Part shown: piece by piece, positions 9,865 to 20,756 of the stretch | How positions within the stretch are numbered: the first letter of the stretch is position 1 | Layout: every line of letters begins with the position of its first letter | NCBI GenBank assembly: GCA_965223665.1 | Contig: OZ245011.1 | Coordinates: forward strand, 3,968,001 to 4,032,000 | Reading direction: 5' to 3' | Source of the DNA: Nitrospinaceae bacterium | GTDB taxonomy: Bacteria; Nitrospinota; Nitrospinia; Nitrospinales; Nitrospinaceae | DNA length: 64,000 nt | Notes under the pieces: generated by a model | The model's input: only the letters and a program-made list of their open reading frames with translations | Told to the model about the DNA's origin: nothing | Databases searched by the model: none | Translations under genes and position numbers: made by a program

Positions 9865-11436
9865 TTAATAATGATGTATCCCTTTAGCTATTTCTTTAGC
9901 TTTTGCCAACGTTCGACTTCGCGTTGCATTAGAAGATTTTTCTAGAATAAGTTTAGCAAATGATATCCAAAGATCCGAAGACTTTTCTTTTGTGCCGGAT
10001 TCTTTTTTTAGAAAGCCTTTTATTTCTGATTCCTTTACTTGAATTTGATTTTCAGTATGTGTCGTTCGGTCTGATTTATTTTTGGAAGAAGATTTTATTT
10101 TCGATTCAATTTCGGGAAGATCCTGAATAATCTTTACAGCCGGTGTAATTCCATGAGCAGTGATATCAATTCCTGAGGGGGTATAATATTTTGAGGTTGT
10201 TAAACGTAAACCAGCCCCGTCACTCATTCTAAAAATTGTTTGCACAGATCCTTTGCCATAAGAATTTTCTCCTATAATCAGGGCTTTTCCGGAGTCTTTG
10301 AGTGATCCTGCAACAATTTCGGATGCACTGGCACTATGATGATTAATGATTATTACAAGTGGCATATTGTATAGACTATTTGAATAGGAGGCTTGATAGG
10401 TTTGTCTATCGTATTCTTGACGCCCGCGGGTGGAGACTATTAGGTCTCCTTTTTTTAAAAATTGACTGGCTACTTTTACGGATTGACTAAGTAATCCTCC
10501 TGGATTACCCCTTAAATCTAAAATGAATCCTTTAACATGCTGTTCCTTGCCTTTTTCCAAAGCTTCTAAAAGCTGCTCATTGGTTTGTTTTGAAAAACTG
10601 GATATTTTTATATATCCGGTGTCATGACCCAGATTTTTATAGGTAACTGCTTCAATAGATATGATTTCGCGTGTCAAGGTATGTGTTGAAGTTATTTTAG
10701 TGGTGGGGCGGAAGACATTTACGACCACTTCAGTATTAGGATACCCTCTCAGCTTAGATGCAAGTTCCTGAATTTGCATCCCCTTAATTTTTTGTCCATC
10801 AACTTGAGTGATGACATCTTGAGGTAAAATGCCTGCTCGTTCAGCGGGTGAATTTTTAAGAACTCTTACTACGGTCAACTTATAATCTTCCAGGGTAATG
10901 ACCATTCCTACCCCACCGTATTGTCCTTCTGTATCCCTCATGGTATTTTCGTAATCTGCTTGAGAAAGGTAAGAAGAGTAAGGATCTAAAGAATTCATCA
11001 ATCCAATAATACTTGCTTCCTCCAGTTCTTTCTTTGAAATAGATTTGGAAAAATGTTTGGCCAAGAAATGATACACCAATCGGAAGGCCTTCATATTGCT
11101 TTTAGGGTTGTAGCTAAGCGTATAACTAATTTTATCGTTATCAATTTTTAATAGTTGTCCAGAGAATATCGGACGAGTTTGTAATTTTTCAGATTTAATG
11201 GTTCGAATCATTTCTTGAATAGCCCCTGAATATAATTTTTTATAATCAGGGGGGTAAACATGCTCTTTTCCTACAAAATCAATTGCTTCTTCAAATATTT
11301 CTAATTCATCGTCCAAAAAGCCTGCATACGCCGGAGTGGTAAAGTAATTTCCGGAGCTTTGGACACTTCCTGAAATTAAAAATAAAAAGCAAACAATTGG
11401 TAATAAATTAATGATTCGATTATTTAAATATTTCAT
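9865..11436 (-). CDS. ctpA: Carboxy-terminal processing protease (S41A, PDZ)
   Basis: LDPYS, GVGM PDZ, DLRGNPGG, SASASEI, SYGKGSVQ, YYTPSG. Confidence 0.92.
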   Translation of the reverse strand: MKYLNNRIINLLPIVCFLFLISGSVQSSGNYFTTPAYAGFLDDELEIFEEAIDFVGKEHVYPPDYKKLYSGAIQEMIRTIKSEKLQTRPIFSGQLLKIDNDKISYTLSYNPKSNMKAFRLVYHFLAKHFSKSISKKELEEASIIGLMNSLDPYSSYLSQADYENTMRDTEGQYGGVGMVITLEDYKLTVVRVLKNSPAERAGILPQDVITQVDGQKIKGMQIQELASKLRGYPNTEVVVNVFRPTTKITSTHTLTREIISIEAVTYKNLGHDTGYIKISSFSKQTNEQLLEALEKGKEQHVKGFILDLRGNPGGLLSQSVKVASQFLKKGDLIVSTRGRQEYDRQTYQASYSNSLYNMPLVIIINHHSASASEIVAGSLKDSGKALIIGENSYGKGSVQTIFRMSDGAGLRLTTSKYYTPSGIDITAHGITPAVKIIQDLPEIESKIKSSSKNKSDRTTHTENQIQVKESEIKGFLKKESGTKEKSSDLWISFAKLILEKSSNATRSRTLAKAKEIAKGIHHY

Positions 11437-11441
11437 AAATA

Positions 11442-12080
11442 CTATTTCTTTAATAAGTCGTCAAAAATAACCTCTAAATTGTCAGTCATTTTGTTAACAT
11501 CTCCACCAGAAATGCTCGGAGTGACTTTTAAGGTTTTGTTAATAATTATTGTTGGAGTTTCATTTGCTTTAAAATGTTTAGCCATGGCTAAAGATTTATT
11601 AACTTTGGCTTTAATATGGTCAGCTTGCATCCCCTCAACCATTTCTTTTTCAATTCCATGGCTCTTTGCTAAAAGTTTAATGGCTCTTGGTTGAAAAACA
11701 TTAATATTCATCTGGAAATTGGTGTCGAATAACTCTTGTGTAAATTGCTTTTCTATTCCCTGTTCATCAGAAATATAAAAGGCCATTGCGGGATAAGGGG
11801 TTTGCTGCCCCCAATATATTGGACTTTTTTTATGAAAAAGTTTGCCTTTAAACTTTTTATGAAGGCGCTTGGAGGTAGTTAAAAACTTATAGCAATGCCC
11901 ACAGGAAAAATTAAAGAACTCGATAATTTCAATCTGCTTAACATTCTTTAATTGACTCAAATCACCAATAACTTCATATTTTCCTTTGATTTTTGGGGCT
12001 TCCTCTGCAAATACTCCATTCGAAAAACTCAATGTAAAAACTAACAGGATTGTGCTAAGCAATCTCATCATCACCTCCAA
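11442..12080 (-). CDS. dsbA: DsbA-like thiol:disulfide oxidoreductase
   Basis: Signal peptide; EFFNFSCGHCY; ETPTIIIN cis-Pro loop. Start may be ATG 12071 or 12068. Confidence 0.8.
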   Translation of the reverse strand: MEVMMRLLSTILLVFTLSFSNGVFAEEAPKIKGKYEVIGDLSQLKNVKQIEIIEFFNFSCGHCYKFLTTSKRLHKKFKGKLFHKKSPIYWGQQTPYPAMAFYISDEQGIEKQFTQELFDTNFQMNINVFQPRAIKLLAKSHGIEKEMVEGMQADHIKAKVNKSLAMAKHFKANETPTIIINKTLKVTPSISGGDVNKMTDNLEVIFDDLLKK

Positions 12081-12324
12081 TGAAATAAAAACCCATGATT
12101 AATTATTATAAAAACAAAATTGCGAAATAGGGCAACGAAGTCGAAAAAACCGGAATTCTTTTAAAAATAATGATGGTCTCGATTTTTTGAGATTGGGAAA
12201 AGCATTCATTTTTCGCAATTTCTGGTTTTTGTTATTATCAGCAGTCCATAAAAAAAATGAACCCAATAGTAGTATTAGTTTTAACAATATTGGTTTGATA
12301 ATTTATTTTTTTTGCCCTAATAAA

Positions 12325-13647
12325 TTAGTGTTGAATTTTGGGCCAATACTTTTCGAAATCAAATTTTGGGCTGTGCTTTTTGATGTGACATTGTTTGCAG
12401 GCAGTATTGGCTTCCTTAGCAAACCCACCTGCTGGAGCTTTACTGTGCTCTAATCGAGGGCCATGGCACATTTCGCACTGTACGTTTTTTAATTCGGGTG
12501 TATCCATCTCGCTTAAAAAACCACCCACTTTATTAAAACCAGTAGTATGGCAAATTAAACACTCCGGGTCGAAGGATTTATTGACTCTTTTTAAGGTCTC
12601 ATACGCTCGACTGTGCTGTGAACCAGACCAAGTTTTGTGAGCTTCAGGATGGCAGTTTTGACAAGATTTTTGTGTGGCGAATATTTGAATTTGTTTTTTC
12701 TTCTTTCTTTCTTCTAAAGAGGCAAAAAATAACTCTTCGACTTTTGAATTGTAAACTTGATACAACTCAGTCATTTGTTGATCATTTGCAATTTTTGAAT
12801 CTAATCTGACCATTTTTTGTTTGAATTCCATTTTGCCATCTGGTTGAAAGTGAATTCTTATTTCCCCCATTTTTTGTCCCAAAGGTCCTGGTTGTACAAA
12901 TATTTTTCCTTCTTTAATAATGGGTTCCATGTTAATTTCATCAGTATCCTTTTCAATATGGCCATTGATAACTACATCCACCCCTTCAATACCAAGCATT
13001 TTAAGACCATCGACTCTTCGCATATGTGAAAGTAATACAACCAGGTCCGGTTTTTCCTTTTTCTTAAGAAACGTAATGATATTTCTTACTGATTTTTGCG
13101 GATCGACCACTTTAAAGTTGGAATGCTCCGAAACATAAAAAATACCTGGATCTGCAGCAGAAATTATCGCTACCTTTAAGCCATTCGAGAAACTTTTTAT
13201 GATATAGGGAGGAAGGTCAATTTTTTCTAGGTGTATGTTAGAAGCTAACCAAGGAACTCCTTTTAATTTCTCTAGAAATTGATTTCCATAAATTAAGTCT
13301 TTATCCCCAAGTGCAATGGCATCGTATTTCATTTGAGCCAAACTGTTAACAAAAAACTCAGCTTTCAATTTTCCCTGACGTGTGGGTTCCTTAAAATTAT
13401 CACCCAAATCAACAATTAAAGAGTTAGTTGTTTGTTTTAAGATATTTTTTATATATGTCATCCGGCGTTCTATGCCACCTTGTTCTTCCTCTTTATCACA
13501 GCCACAGGGTTTGAGCTCCCCAAGGGCATTTCCCGAATAAACAATTAAAATTTCACTGCCCTTTGAAGCAAGCTCTTCAGCAAAGATGGTGGGACTCTTC
13601 CCAAGTAATATTATTAAAATAATCAGTAAAATTGATATACGTTTCAT
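12325..13647 (-). CDS. Exported UshA-like (5'-nucleotidase fold) domain fused to a tetraheme cytochrome c (c554-like) domain
   Basis: GELKPCGC..QGGIERR, DLGD, LLSH, INGH; four CXXCH (CQNCH, CLICH, CEMCH, CKQCH). Confidence 0.85.
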   Translation of the reverse strand: MKRISILLIILIILLGKSPTIFAEELASKGSEILIVYSGNALGELKPCGCDKEEEQGGIERRMTYIKNILKQTTNSLIVDLGDNFKEPTRQGKLKAEFFVNSLAQMKYDAIALGDKDLIYGNQFLEKLKGVPWLASNIHLEKIDLPPYIIKSFSNGLKVAIISAADPGIFYVSEHSNFKVVDPQKSVRNIITFLKKKEKPDLVVLLSHMRRVDGLKMLGIEGVDVVINGHIEKDTDEINMEPIIKEGKIFVQPGPLGQKMGEIRIHFQPDGKMEFKQKMVRLDSKIANDQQMTELYQVYNSKVEELFFASLEERKKKKQIQIFATQKSCQNCHPEAHKTWSGSQHSRAYETLKRVNKSFDPECLICHTTGFNKVGGFLSEMDTPELKNVQCEMCHGPRLEHSKAPAGGFAKEANTACKQCHIKKHSPKFDFEKYWPKIQH

Positions 13648-13840
13648 TGTTAATTAACCTGAAATTATTGGGAACCCGAACTTTAAATCTATATAAAAAC
13701 CAAAAGCTTAGCAAGGGGAGTCTTTCAAATATCCCTACTTTTTATAATTTTATAAAAATAATACCTATCCTTGGTTTTTATTTGCATTAAAAAACGTTAA
13801 TATAATTTCAATATTGTAAAAATTAATTTTTCAGTAGGTT

Positions 13841-14728
13841 ATGGAAATTTCTAGATCAGAAATACATATGCACTCAAGCTTTTCGGATGGAGAGTATTCT
13901 CCAACAGAGCTGGTAAAAATTGCGCATCAAAATGAAGTAGGGATTTTGGCTTTAACAGACCACGATACTTTCTCAGGTTTGGAGGAATTTGTCGAAGCCT
14001 CTCAAAAAATGAATATTATTGCCATCCCTGGAATTGAGATTACCGTCCGGTACCGAGATTTTAATCTTCATTTGTTAGGTTATTTTAAATCATTGGAATC
14101 GATTCGACCCCAATTGTGGGATAGAGTTGAAAAAATGAAAAAGGATCGTGAAGAGCGAATGCAATCCCTCGTGGATAAAATCAATGAAGTTGTTCCTGAC
14201 CGTTTCAGGGGATCTATAACTCTGGAAAATATCAAAAAAGGTGCAGAAGGAGTTTTAGGGCGACCTCATTTAGCTCGTGAGATGGTACGATTGGGAATTG
14301 TGCGCACCTCTAATGAAGCATTTGATAAATTTTTGGTGAAATATAATATTGAAAAAGAAAATCTGCATGTTAAAGAAGCGATTGAATTGATTCGTGAAAG
14401 CAATGGGATTCCCATATTAGCTCATCCAGGAGAGCGTTCTTATTCCTTGGTTTGTCCAGAAAAAGGAAGAAAGTGGTCAGGTATTCCTGAGCTTTTGGAA
14501 GAATTGATTTCCTATGGATTGATGGGACTGGAATGCCATTATCCCTATCATGAAAAAACCGGAAAGGTGCAATACTTTCTGGATCTTGCCGATGAATACG
14601 AACTTATTGCAACGGGTAGCCGAGATTTTCATGGTTCAGTTACCCATCAAAAATCTGATCTGTTGGGCACAACACCAATGGAGCCTTCTTTTTGGGAACA
14701 ATTTCAGAGATATTGGAAAGTTTCTTGA
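13841..14728 (+). CDS. PHP-domain phosphoesterase (TrpH/YciV-like)
   Basis: HMHSSFSDG, ALTDHD, GIEI, HLLGY, GRPH, LAHP, GSRDFHG. Confidence 0.88.
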   Translation: MEISRSEIHMHSSFSDGEYSPTELVKIAHQNEVGILALTDHDTFSGLEEFVEASQKMNIIAIPGIEITVRYRDFNLHLLGYFKSLESIRPQLWDRVEKMKKDREERMQSLVDKINEVVPDRFRGSITLENIKKGAEGVLGRPHLAREMVRLGIVRTSNEAFDKFLVKYNIEKENLHVKEAIELIRESNGIPILAHPGERSYSLVCPEKGRKWSGIPELLEELISYGLMGLECHYPYHEKTGKVQYFLDLADEYELIATGSRDFHGSVTHQKSDLLGTTPMEPSFWEQFQRYWKVS

Positions 14729-14729
14729 T

Positions 14730-15755
14730 TTAAAACAACGATTGTTGATTGTCTGTAGAAGATGGATCGAAACCGAAATGGGAGTAAGCAACTGAAGTGG
14801 CTACACGTCCTCTGGGAGTGCGGTTAAGAAATCCATTTTGTAAAAGGTAGGGTTCGTAAATATCTTCAATGGTATCTTTTTCTTCGTTTATAGAAGCGGC
14901 TAGTGTTTCAATACCTACAGGCCCTCCGCTAAATTTTTCGATTAATGTTAGAAGTAGTTTGTGGTCCATTTTATCCAGCCCCATTACATCTACCTCCAAC
15001 ATATCTAATGCTCTTCCGGCGATAGATTGATTAATTACCCCATCACCTTTTACTTGTGCATAATCTCGAACTCGTCGCAACATGCGGTTGGCAATTCGTG
15101 GGGTTCCTCGAGACCGTTTCGCAATTTCATGACATCCTTTGGGGTCCATTGGGATATTTAGTAACAAGGCGGAACGATTTAGAATTTTTTCCAATTCCAC
15201 TGTTGTATAAAAGTCTAAGCGATGAACCACTCCAAATCGGTCTCTCAGAGGGGAGGTTAATAAACCGGCTCGAGTTGTGGCTCCGACAAGAGTGAATGGA
15301 GGTAAATCCAATTTTATTGACCGTGCACTGGGCCCTTGGCCAATCATAATATCTAACTTATAATCTTCCATTGCCGGATAAAGAATTTCTTCAATAATTT
15401 TTGACAACCGATGAATTTCATCAATAAAAAGAATATCGCCTTCCTCTAAATTAGTTAGCAGAGCTGCTAAATCACCCGATTTTTCAATTACCGGGCCCGA
15501 AGTGCTTTTTAAATTTGCCCCCATTTCTTGAGCAATTATATTTGCTAAGGTAGTTTTTCCAAGTCCTGGAGGACCATAAAATAAGACATGGTCTAAAGGC
15601 TCTTTTCGCATTTGAGCCGCTGAAATAAAAATAGAAAGGTTTTCTTTTATTTTTTCCTGGCCAACATATTCAGTAAAACCGTTTGGCCTTAAACTGGCTT
15701 CATATTGTAATTCGTGGTTGTCGAGAGAATAGTTTAAATTTGGATTTTCAGTCAT
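14730..15755 (-). CDS. ruvB: Holliday junction branch migration helicase RuvB
   Basis: [41 protein letters not shown]. Confidence 0.98.
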   Translation of the reverse strand: MTENPNLNYSLDNHELQYEASLRPNGFTEYVGQEKIKENLSIFISAAQMRKEPLDHVLFYGPPGLGKTTLANIIAQEMGANLKSTSGPVIEKSGDLAALLTNLEEGDILFIDEIHRLSKIIEEILYPAMEDYKLDIMIGQGPSARSIKLDLPPFTLVGATTRAGLLTSPLRDRFGVVHRLDFYTTVELEKILNRSALLLNIPMDPKGCHEIAKRSRGTPRIANRMLRRVRDYAQVKGDGVINQSIAGRALDMLEVDVMGLDKMDHKLLLTLIEKFSGGPVGIETLAASINEEKDTIEDIYEPYLLQNGFLNRTPRGRVATSVAYSHFGFDPSSTDNQQSLF

Positions 15756-15761
15756 GGAATT

Positions 15762-16355
15762 TTATAGGCAGCTTAAACTTTCTTTGATGATGTCTTCTAA
15801 AGAGATAGGGTCTTTACGATCCCCCACCACCTTTTTAAGAACCTTTTCCGCTACGGGTTTTTTATAACCTAGATTCATTAAGGCTGAAAGTGCATCTTGA
15901 AAAACACCGTTTGGTTCAAAAGAGTGAATGGAGTTTGGAGACGAAATTTCCATTTTCTCTAGTTTATCTTTTAATTCTAGGGCTAATCGCTCTGCTGTTT
16001 TACGACCTACACCTGGAATGGTGCTTAATCTGGATATATCCTGTCTAGAGACTGCTTCAATTAAATCAGCCGTTGGCATTCCCGAAAGAATTCCCATTGC
16101 GAGTTTGGGTCCCACTTTACTTATGCTAACCAAGGCTTCAAACAAAGACTTTTCTTCCTCATCATAGAATCCAAATAATTTAAGAGAATCCTCTCGTAAA
16201 TGGGTATGAATATATAGAGATATGGGATCTCCCTGGTTAGCAATTTGATAATAAGTGGTTAATGAAATAAATACTTGGTAACCCACTCCTTGAACATCAA
16301 TGGTTAATTCGCCAGGAGTTTTTTTTAATAATTGCCCCTGTAAAAATGAAATCAT
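15762..16355 (-). CDS. ruvA: Holliday junction DNA-binding protein RuvA
   Basis: DVQGVGY, HLRED, KVGPKLA, PGVGRKTAERL; between ruvC and ruvB. Confidence 0.97.
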   Translation of the reverse strand: MISFLQGQLLKKTPGELTIDVQGVGYQVFISLTTYYQIANQGDPISLYIHTHLREDSLKLFGFYDEEEKSLFEALVSISKVGPKLAMGILSGMPTADLIEAVSRQDISRLSTIPGVGRKTAERLALELKDKLEKMEISSPNSIHSFEPNGVFQDALSALMNLGYKKPVAEKVLKKVVGDRKDPISLEDIIKESLSCL

Positions 16356-16359
16356 GAAA

Positions 16360-16863
16360 TCAACCTTTCAAGGAAGCCTTTTTGACTAATCGATTTTTTG
16401 ATGAATGTGCATGGCAAATTGCGACTGCAAGGGCATCCGATACATCAAGTGGTTCAGGTTTCTCTTTTAATTTTAGTAAAGTGGTTACCATGTTTCGTAC
16501 CTGGTGTTTATCCGCTCGACCATAACCCACAATAGATTGTTTAACTTCCAGGGGAGTGTACTCTGCTAAATCAATATTTAAGTTAACCGCAGCCAAAATA
16601 GCAACTCCACGAGCTTGCCCTAATTTTATAGTGGATTTTGCGTTGGTAGCAAAAAATAGATCTTCAATTGCGACGACTTGAGGGGAGAATTCCTTCATTA
16701 CTTGGAATAAATTGTCATAGATAGTTTTTAACCTTAATGGGAAGTCTTCCTTTGGCTTACTTCTTATAGCCCCCCAATGAACACCGCGTAATTGGCGGCC
16801 TTCATTTTCTACAATTCCGAATCCAGTGCATAAACTACCAGGATCGATACCCATAACTCTCAT
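16360..16863 (-). CDS. ruvC: Crossover junction endodeoxyribonuclease RuvC
   Basis: GIDPG, AIEDLFF, LGQARG, GYGRADK, DALAVAICH. Confidence 0.97.
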   Translation of the reverse strand: MRVMGIDPGSLCTGFGIVENEGRQLRGVHWGAIRSKPKEDFPLRLKTIYDNLFQVMKEFSPQVVAIEDLFFATNAKSTIKLGQARGVAILAAVNLNIDLAEYTPLEVKQSIVGYGRADKHQVRNMVTTLLKLKEKPEPLDVSDALAVAICHAHSSKNRLVKKASLKG

Positions 16864-16946
16864 TTAGGGTTCCTTTGGATGGGATTAAAAGAATTAACTT
16901 GATGTGTCTAAGACTTTGAATAGGATAGAACTCTTAATGTAACAGA

Positions 16947-17702
16947 TCAATTATCTTGCGATAAAGCGGCCATCACTTCATCAGAAATGTCAAAATTTGA
17001 ATATACTTTTTGTACATCATCATGATCTTCAATTAATTCCATTAATCGAAGTAGAGAACGTGCACTTTTTTCATCAACCGGAACCGTGTTTTTAGGAAGA
17101 GCGGTTAGTTCAGCCTGATCCATTTTAATTGATTTTTCTTCTAAAACTTTATGGACCGAATCGAAGCTTTCTAAAGCAGTAGTAATTTCGTAATGATCCC
17201 CTGTATTTTGTAAGTCGTCGGCTCCAGCTTCAATTGCCAACTCCATTAAAGAGTCCTCATCCATTTCATCCGTGGGCACAGTGAAAAATCCTTTTTTTTC
17301 AAAAATCCAAGCTACACAACCATTCTCACCCATATTGCCACCATTTTTTCCTAACATGGCCCGCAATTCACCTACAGTCCGATTCTTATTATCTGTCATT
17401 ACTTCAATTAAAATTGCTGCTCCACCAGGTCCATAACCTTCGTAAGTAATTTCTTCATAATTTACACCATCCAGGTCACCCGTTCCTTTTTTAATTGCGC
17501 GGCTGATATTATCCTGTGGCATATTCTGTGCTTTGGCTGCAGCAATCGCAGTTCTTAATCGTGGGTTTCCATCAGGATCACCACCTCCCATCCTTGCAGC
17601 AACTGTGATTTCTTTAATTAACTTAGTAAAAATTTTGCCACGCTTAGCGTCTAAAGCACCTTTTTTGTGCTTGATTGAAGACCATTTGGAATGCCCTGCC
17701 AT
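16947..17702 (-). CDS. yebC: YebC/PmpR family protein
   Basis: [31 protein letters not shown]. Confidence 0.97.
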   Translation of the reverse strand: MAGHSKWSSIKHKKGALDAKRGKIFTKLIKEITVAARMGGGDPDGNPRLRTAIAAAKAQNMPQDNISRAIKKGTGDLDGVNYEEITYEGYGPGGAAILIEVMTDNKNRTVGELRAMLGKNGGNMGENGCVAWIFEKKGFFTVPTDEMDEDSLMELAIEAGADDLQNTGDHYEITTALESFDSVHKVLEEKSIKMDQAELTALPKNTVPVDEKSARSLLRLMELIEDHDDVQKVYSNFDISDEVMAALSQDN

Positions 17703-17930
17703 TTCTTTATTCTACCTTTAAAATTAGTACTTACCGGTAATCTAGCATAAATTAAATCCCCCAGCAACAAACTAAAGATAGACCTTCATTGCTTATAAAT
17801 TCATCAATTTTAATATGGTTAATTTTCTGAAAACTTCCCCTTCTTAATCATAATAATTTTAAATCTTGTTGAAGGTGATAAATTCCACAGGTAACATGGG
17901 CCTGAAAAAAATAGTAACGTTAAATTTCTG

Positions 17931-18614
17931 GTGGTTGGTGTAATGGGACCTCAAGCAAAAATAATAGAAATTGAAGTTGCAGGGAAAACAATTCAAGCAA
18001 GGGAAGGAGAAACTTTAATTCATGCACTTTGGACAGCAGGTTTGCCTAAAGAAATAAGAACTGGTTGTTTGGGGGGAGTTTGTGGTGCGTGTACTGTGAC
18101 GGTTCGTTTCAAAGATGGAGGGCCCGGAAAAACCGAACTGGCATGCCTTTGTCCTGCGGAAAATGGGATGCAAATTTTCCCCTTTCCGGTAGATACAATA
18201 GTCCCTATAAATCCCATGGAAGACCCAGATACCAGTAAAATCCGTAAATCCTTTCCTACTTTGGATCGCTGTACTAAATGTGGTAGTTGTACCAGTTCGT
18301 GCCCCATGAAAATCCCAGTGATGGACTCAGTGCTAAAAATGCAAAAAGGAGAGTTTGAAGCTGTGGCTGAAGATTTTACAACTTGTATCCATTGTGGACT
18401 GTGTAGAGCCGTGTGTGAGGATAAAGTTAAACCTCACAATATGGGAATTTGGGTTCGTCGATCTTTAGGAATGACTCGAGAATACCCGGATCTTTATCAA
18501 TTATTGGAAAGGATTGATGAAAAGGCTGATAAGGAATGGGAGCATCTTTTAAATTGTAGTTCAGATGAAAGAATGCAACGGGCCAAAAAAATTCGTAGCG
18601 AGGGAAAAGTATAA
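17931..18614 (+). CDS. frdB: Fe-S subunit (2Fe-2S plus two 4Fe-4S motifs) of a fumarate reductase/succinate dehydrogenase-like enzyme
   Basis: GCLGGVCGAC...LAC; CTKCGSCTSSCP; CIHCGLCRAVC; stop overlaps the next ATG (TAATG). Start may be ATG 17943. Confidence 0.75.
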   Translation: MVGVMGPQAKIIEIEVAGKTIQAREGETLIHALWTAGLPKEIRTGCLGGVCGACTVTVRFKDGGPGKTELACLCPAENGMQIFPFPVDTIVPINPMEDPDTSKIRKSFPTLDRCTKCGSCTSSCPMKIPVMDSVLKMQKGEFEAVAEDFTTCIHCGLCRAVCEDKVKPHNMGIWVRRSLGMTREYPDLYQLLERIDEKADKEWEHLLNCSSDERMQRAKKIRSEGKV

Positions 18615-20305
18615 TGCTGAGTTGGGCCAAAGAATCTCTCGAAAAGGTAGAATCCACACGACTAAATAGACAAAATCAAGAACCGCCTTTGATATCTGAG
18701 GATGATAGTAAGAGGCTAATTGAGCAATTTCATCCAGATTATGCAGGTTCGGAACGTACGGTAAGGATCGGGCCTAATGCGGATACACAGAGTTTCCCCG
18801 TAGAATTAGCGGATCTTCTAGAATCTGACAGTCCACTTCCTTCGAATTTCAATCCTCAAATTGATATTGAAACCGATGTCCTCATTATTGGAGGTGGTGG
18901 TGCAGGGGTGTGCGCAGCATTAGGGTTAGAGCAATCAGGATTGAAAGTTCATCTTGCTACTAAATTGAGATTAGGGGATTCGAATACGGTAATGGCGGAA
19001 GGGGGAATTCAAGCTGCTTTAGGGTCTGAGGATTCTTCTCGTCGTCATTTCTCAGATGCTTATGTTGGTGGTCATGGAAATAACGATCCCTTGCTATTAA
19101 GAATTCTTTGTGAGCAAGGGCCTGCAAGTATACGCTGGTTGACGCACTTAGGAGTGCTCTTTGATCAAAATTCGGATGGTACTTTTCGATTACGTTCCGG
19201 GGGAGGAACCTCAGTCCCCAGGGTTTTGGCTTGCCGAGATTTTACGGGTCTGGAAATCATGAGAGTGCTAAAAGATGCTGTATTAAAGGGGCAAACTGTT
19301 TTTTTAGAAAATCATGCTGCAGTTGAATTGTTAGATGATGGAAAGAATTCAATAACAGGGGCAGTCCTATGGAATACCAATACCCAGAAGTTAGTTACTG
19401 TATCTTCCAGAGCTGTAATTTTAGCCACGGGTGGGATCGGACAACTTCGTTTTCAAGGATATCCTACTAGTAACCATATGGGTGCCACCGGAGATGGGTT
19501 AGTTATTGCGTATCGTCAGGGATGTTCTTTGACTCACTTGGAGAGTTTCCAGTATCACCCATCGGGAACGGTCTTTCCAGAACCCTTGGCCGGACAGTTG
19601 GTCACTGAATCTATTCGAGCAGTGGGAGCACATTTATTAAATGCTGAGGGAAATAGATTTGTAAATGAATTGAATTTTCGAGATTTAGTTGCTGCTTCAA
19701 TTATTCGTGAGGTGGTTGAAGAAAGAGGTATTCGAACACCCACTGGAAGACAGGGGGTTTGGCTGGATACTCCATTGATAGATAAAGTTCATGGTGAGGG
19801 AACTTTAGTGAAACAGTTTCCCGGGTTAATTCACCGATTTGAAAAGTATGGTATTCATCCTGCAAATTCTCCTATTTTAGTATTTCCCACATTGCATTAT
19901 CAAAATGGAGGTATTCAGATCAATGTTGATTGTAAAACCGAACGGTCAGGGCTTTGGGCGGCTGGGGAAGTTACTGGAGGAGTACATGGAACCAACCGGT
20001 TGATGGGAAACTCACTTCTTGATATTATTGTTTTCGGTCGCCGGGTTGCTGAATCGGTGAGGAATGGATTACCGGAACGTGGAAAACTTACTTTGAGTCG
20101 TTTGCAAGAGTTTCGTGAAGAGCTGAAAAATCTTCCTCATCCACCCAAAGGGACATCGCCACAATTATTTCCTATAGATTCCGGCTGGAAATTGGAAATG
20201 TGGGAACGTCCAGATAATAAATCGGAGGGGGTTTCAAAATCCATGAGTTCTTCCTTAGATTCTTTCGAACCGCCTGATTTTTTTAATATGGGTCAAAACA
20301 AATGA
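18614..20305 (+). CDS. frdA: FAD-binding flavoprotein, fumarate reductase/SdhA/NadB family
   Basis: IIGGGGAG, MAEGGIQA, LATGGIG, TGDG, QYHP, LHYQNGG, HGTNRLMGNSL. Confidence 0.82.
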   Translation: MLSWAKESLEKVESTRLNRQNQEPPLISEDDSKRLIEQFHPDYAGSERTVRIGPNADTQSFPVELADLLESDSPLPSNFNPQIDIETDVLIIGGGGAGVCAALGLEQSGLKVHLATKLRLGDSNTVMAEGGIQAALGSEDSSRRHFSDAYVGGHGNNDPLLLRILCEQGPASIRWLTHLGVLFDQNSDGTFRLRSGGGTSVPRVLACRDFTGLEIMRVLKDAVLKGQTVFLENHAAVELLDDGKNSITGAVLWNTNTQKLVTVSSRAVILATGGIGQLRFQGYPTSNHMGATGDGLVIAYRQGCSLTHLESFQYHPSGTVFPEPLAGQLVTESIRAVGAHLLNAEGNRFVNELNFRDLVAASIIREVVEERGIRTPTGRQGVWLDTPLIDKVHGEGTLVKQFPGLIHRFEKYGIHPANSPILVFPTLHYQNGGIQINVDCKTERSGLWAAGEVTGGVHGTNRLMGNSLLDIIVFGRRVAESVRNGLPERGKLTLSRLQEFREELKNLPHPPKGTSPQLFPIDSGWKLEMWERPDNKSEGVSKSMSSSLDSFEPPDFFNMGQNK

Positions 20306-20365
20306 AGTAACGAATTGGGTAGTAGGAATTTTTTTATTTCTTCCCTCATTTTCTTGAGGCTTAAC

Positions 20366-20752
20366 ATGAATACCAACGATATTAGTCCAAAGCCACAAAC
20401 CAAACACTTTTCAAAAGTTAGTCTCCGTCGGGGACAACAAGTCATTTCTAATATTTCTACACACTTGTTGATTCCTGGAATCAAAAGTGGAAAACTTTTT
20501 AAAACAGATGAATTTTCTGGGGATGGAGTACAGTGGATTGGTTTAGGAGATCACCACCAACTAAAAGACCAGTTTCCAGAGTTTTCTACCAATGAAATTA
20601 AAGTAGAAGGATATGAATATCTAAACTTTTTTGAAATTGAGCAATCTTCAGGAGAAAAAGGTGAAGAATTGTCTCCCTCCTCAACGGCTCCACCAAATTT
20701 TGAAAATGAATTAGGGCGTTTGGCTGAAATGATTGAAGATATTAATGGGTAA
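20366..20752 (+). CDS. Hypothetical protein (possible GYF_2-like segment)
   Basis: GAGG RBS before ATG 20366; segment IKSGKLFKTDEFSGDGVQW. Confidence 0.55.
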   Translation: MNTNDISPKPQTKHFSKVSLRRGQQVISNISTHLLIPGIKSGKLFKTDEFSGDGVQWIGLGDHHQLKDQFPEFSTNEIKVEGYEYLNFFEIEQSSGEKGEELSPSSTAPPNFENELGRLAEMIEDING

Positions 20753-20756
20753 TTAA

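Noticed and set aside
12099-12453. Small ORFs between dsbA and the cytochrome fusion
   Set aside because: AT-rich intergenic-like composition, no RBS, and partial antisense overlap with a real gene.
13495-13510. Selenocysteine in the UshA-like CGC motif
   Set aside because: Both Cys are TGT codons and the ORF is uninterrupted.
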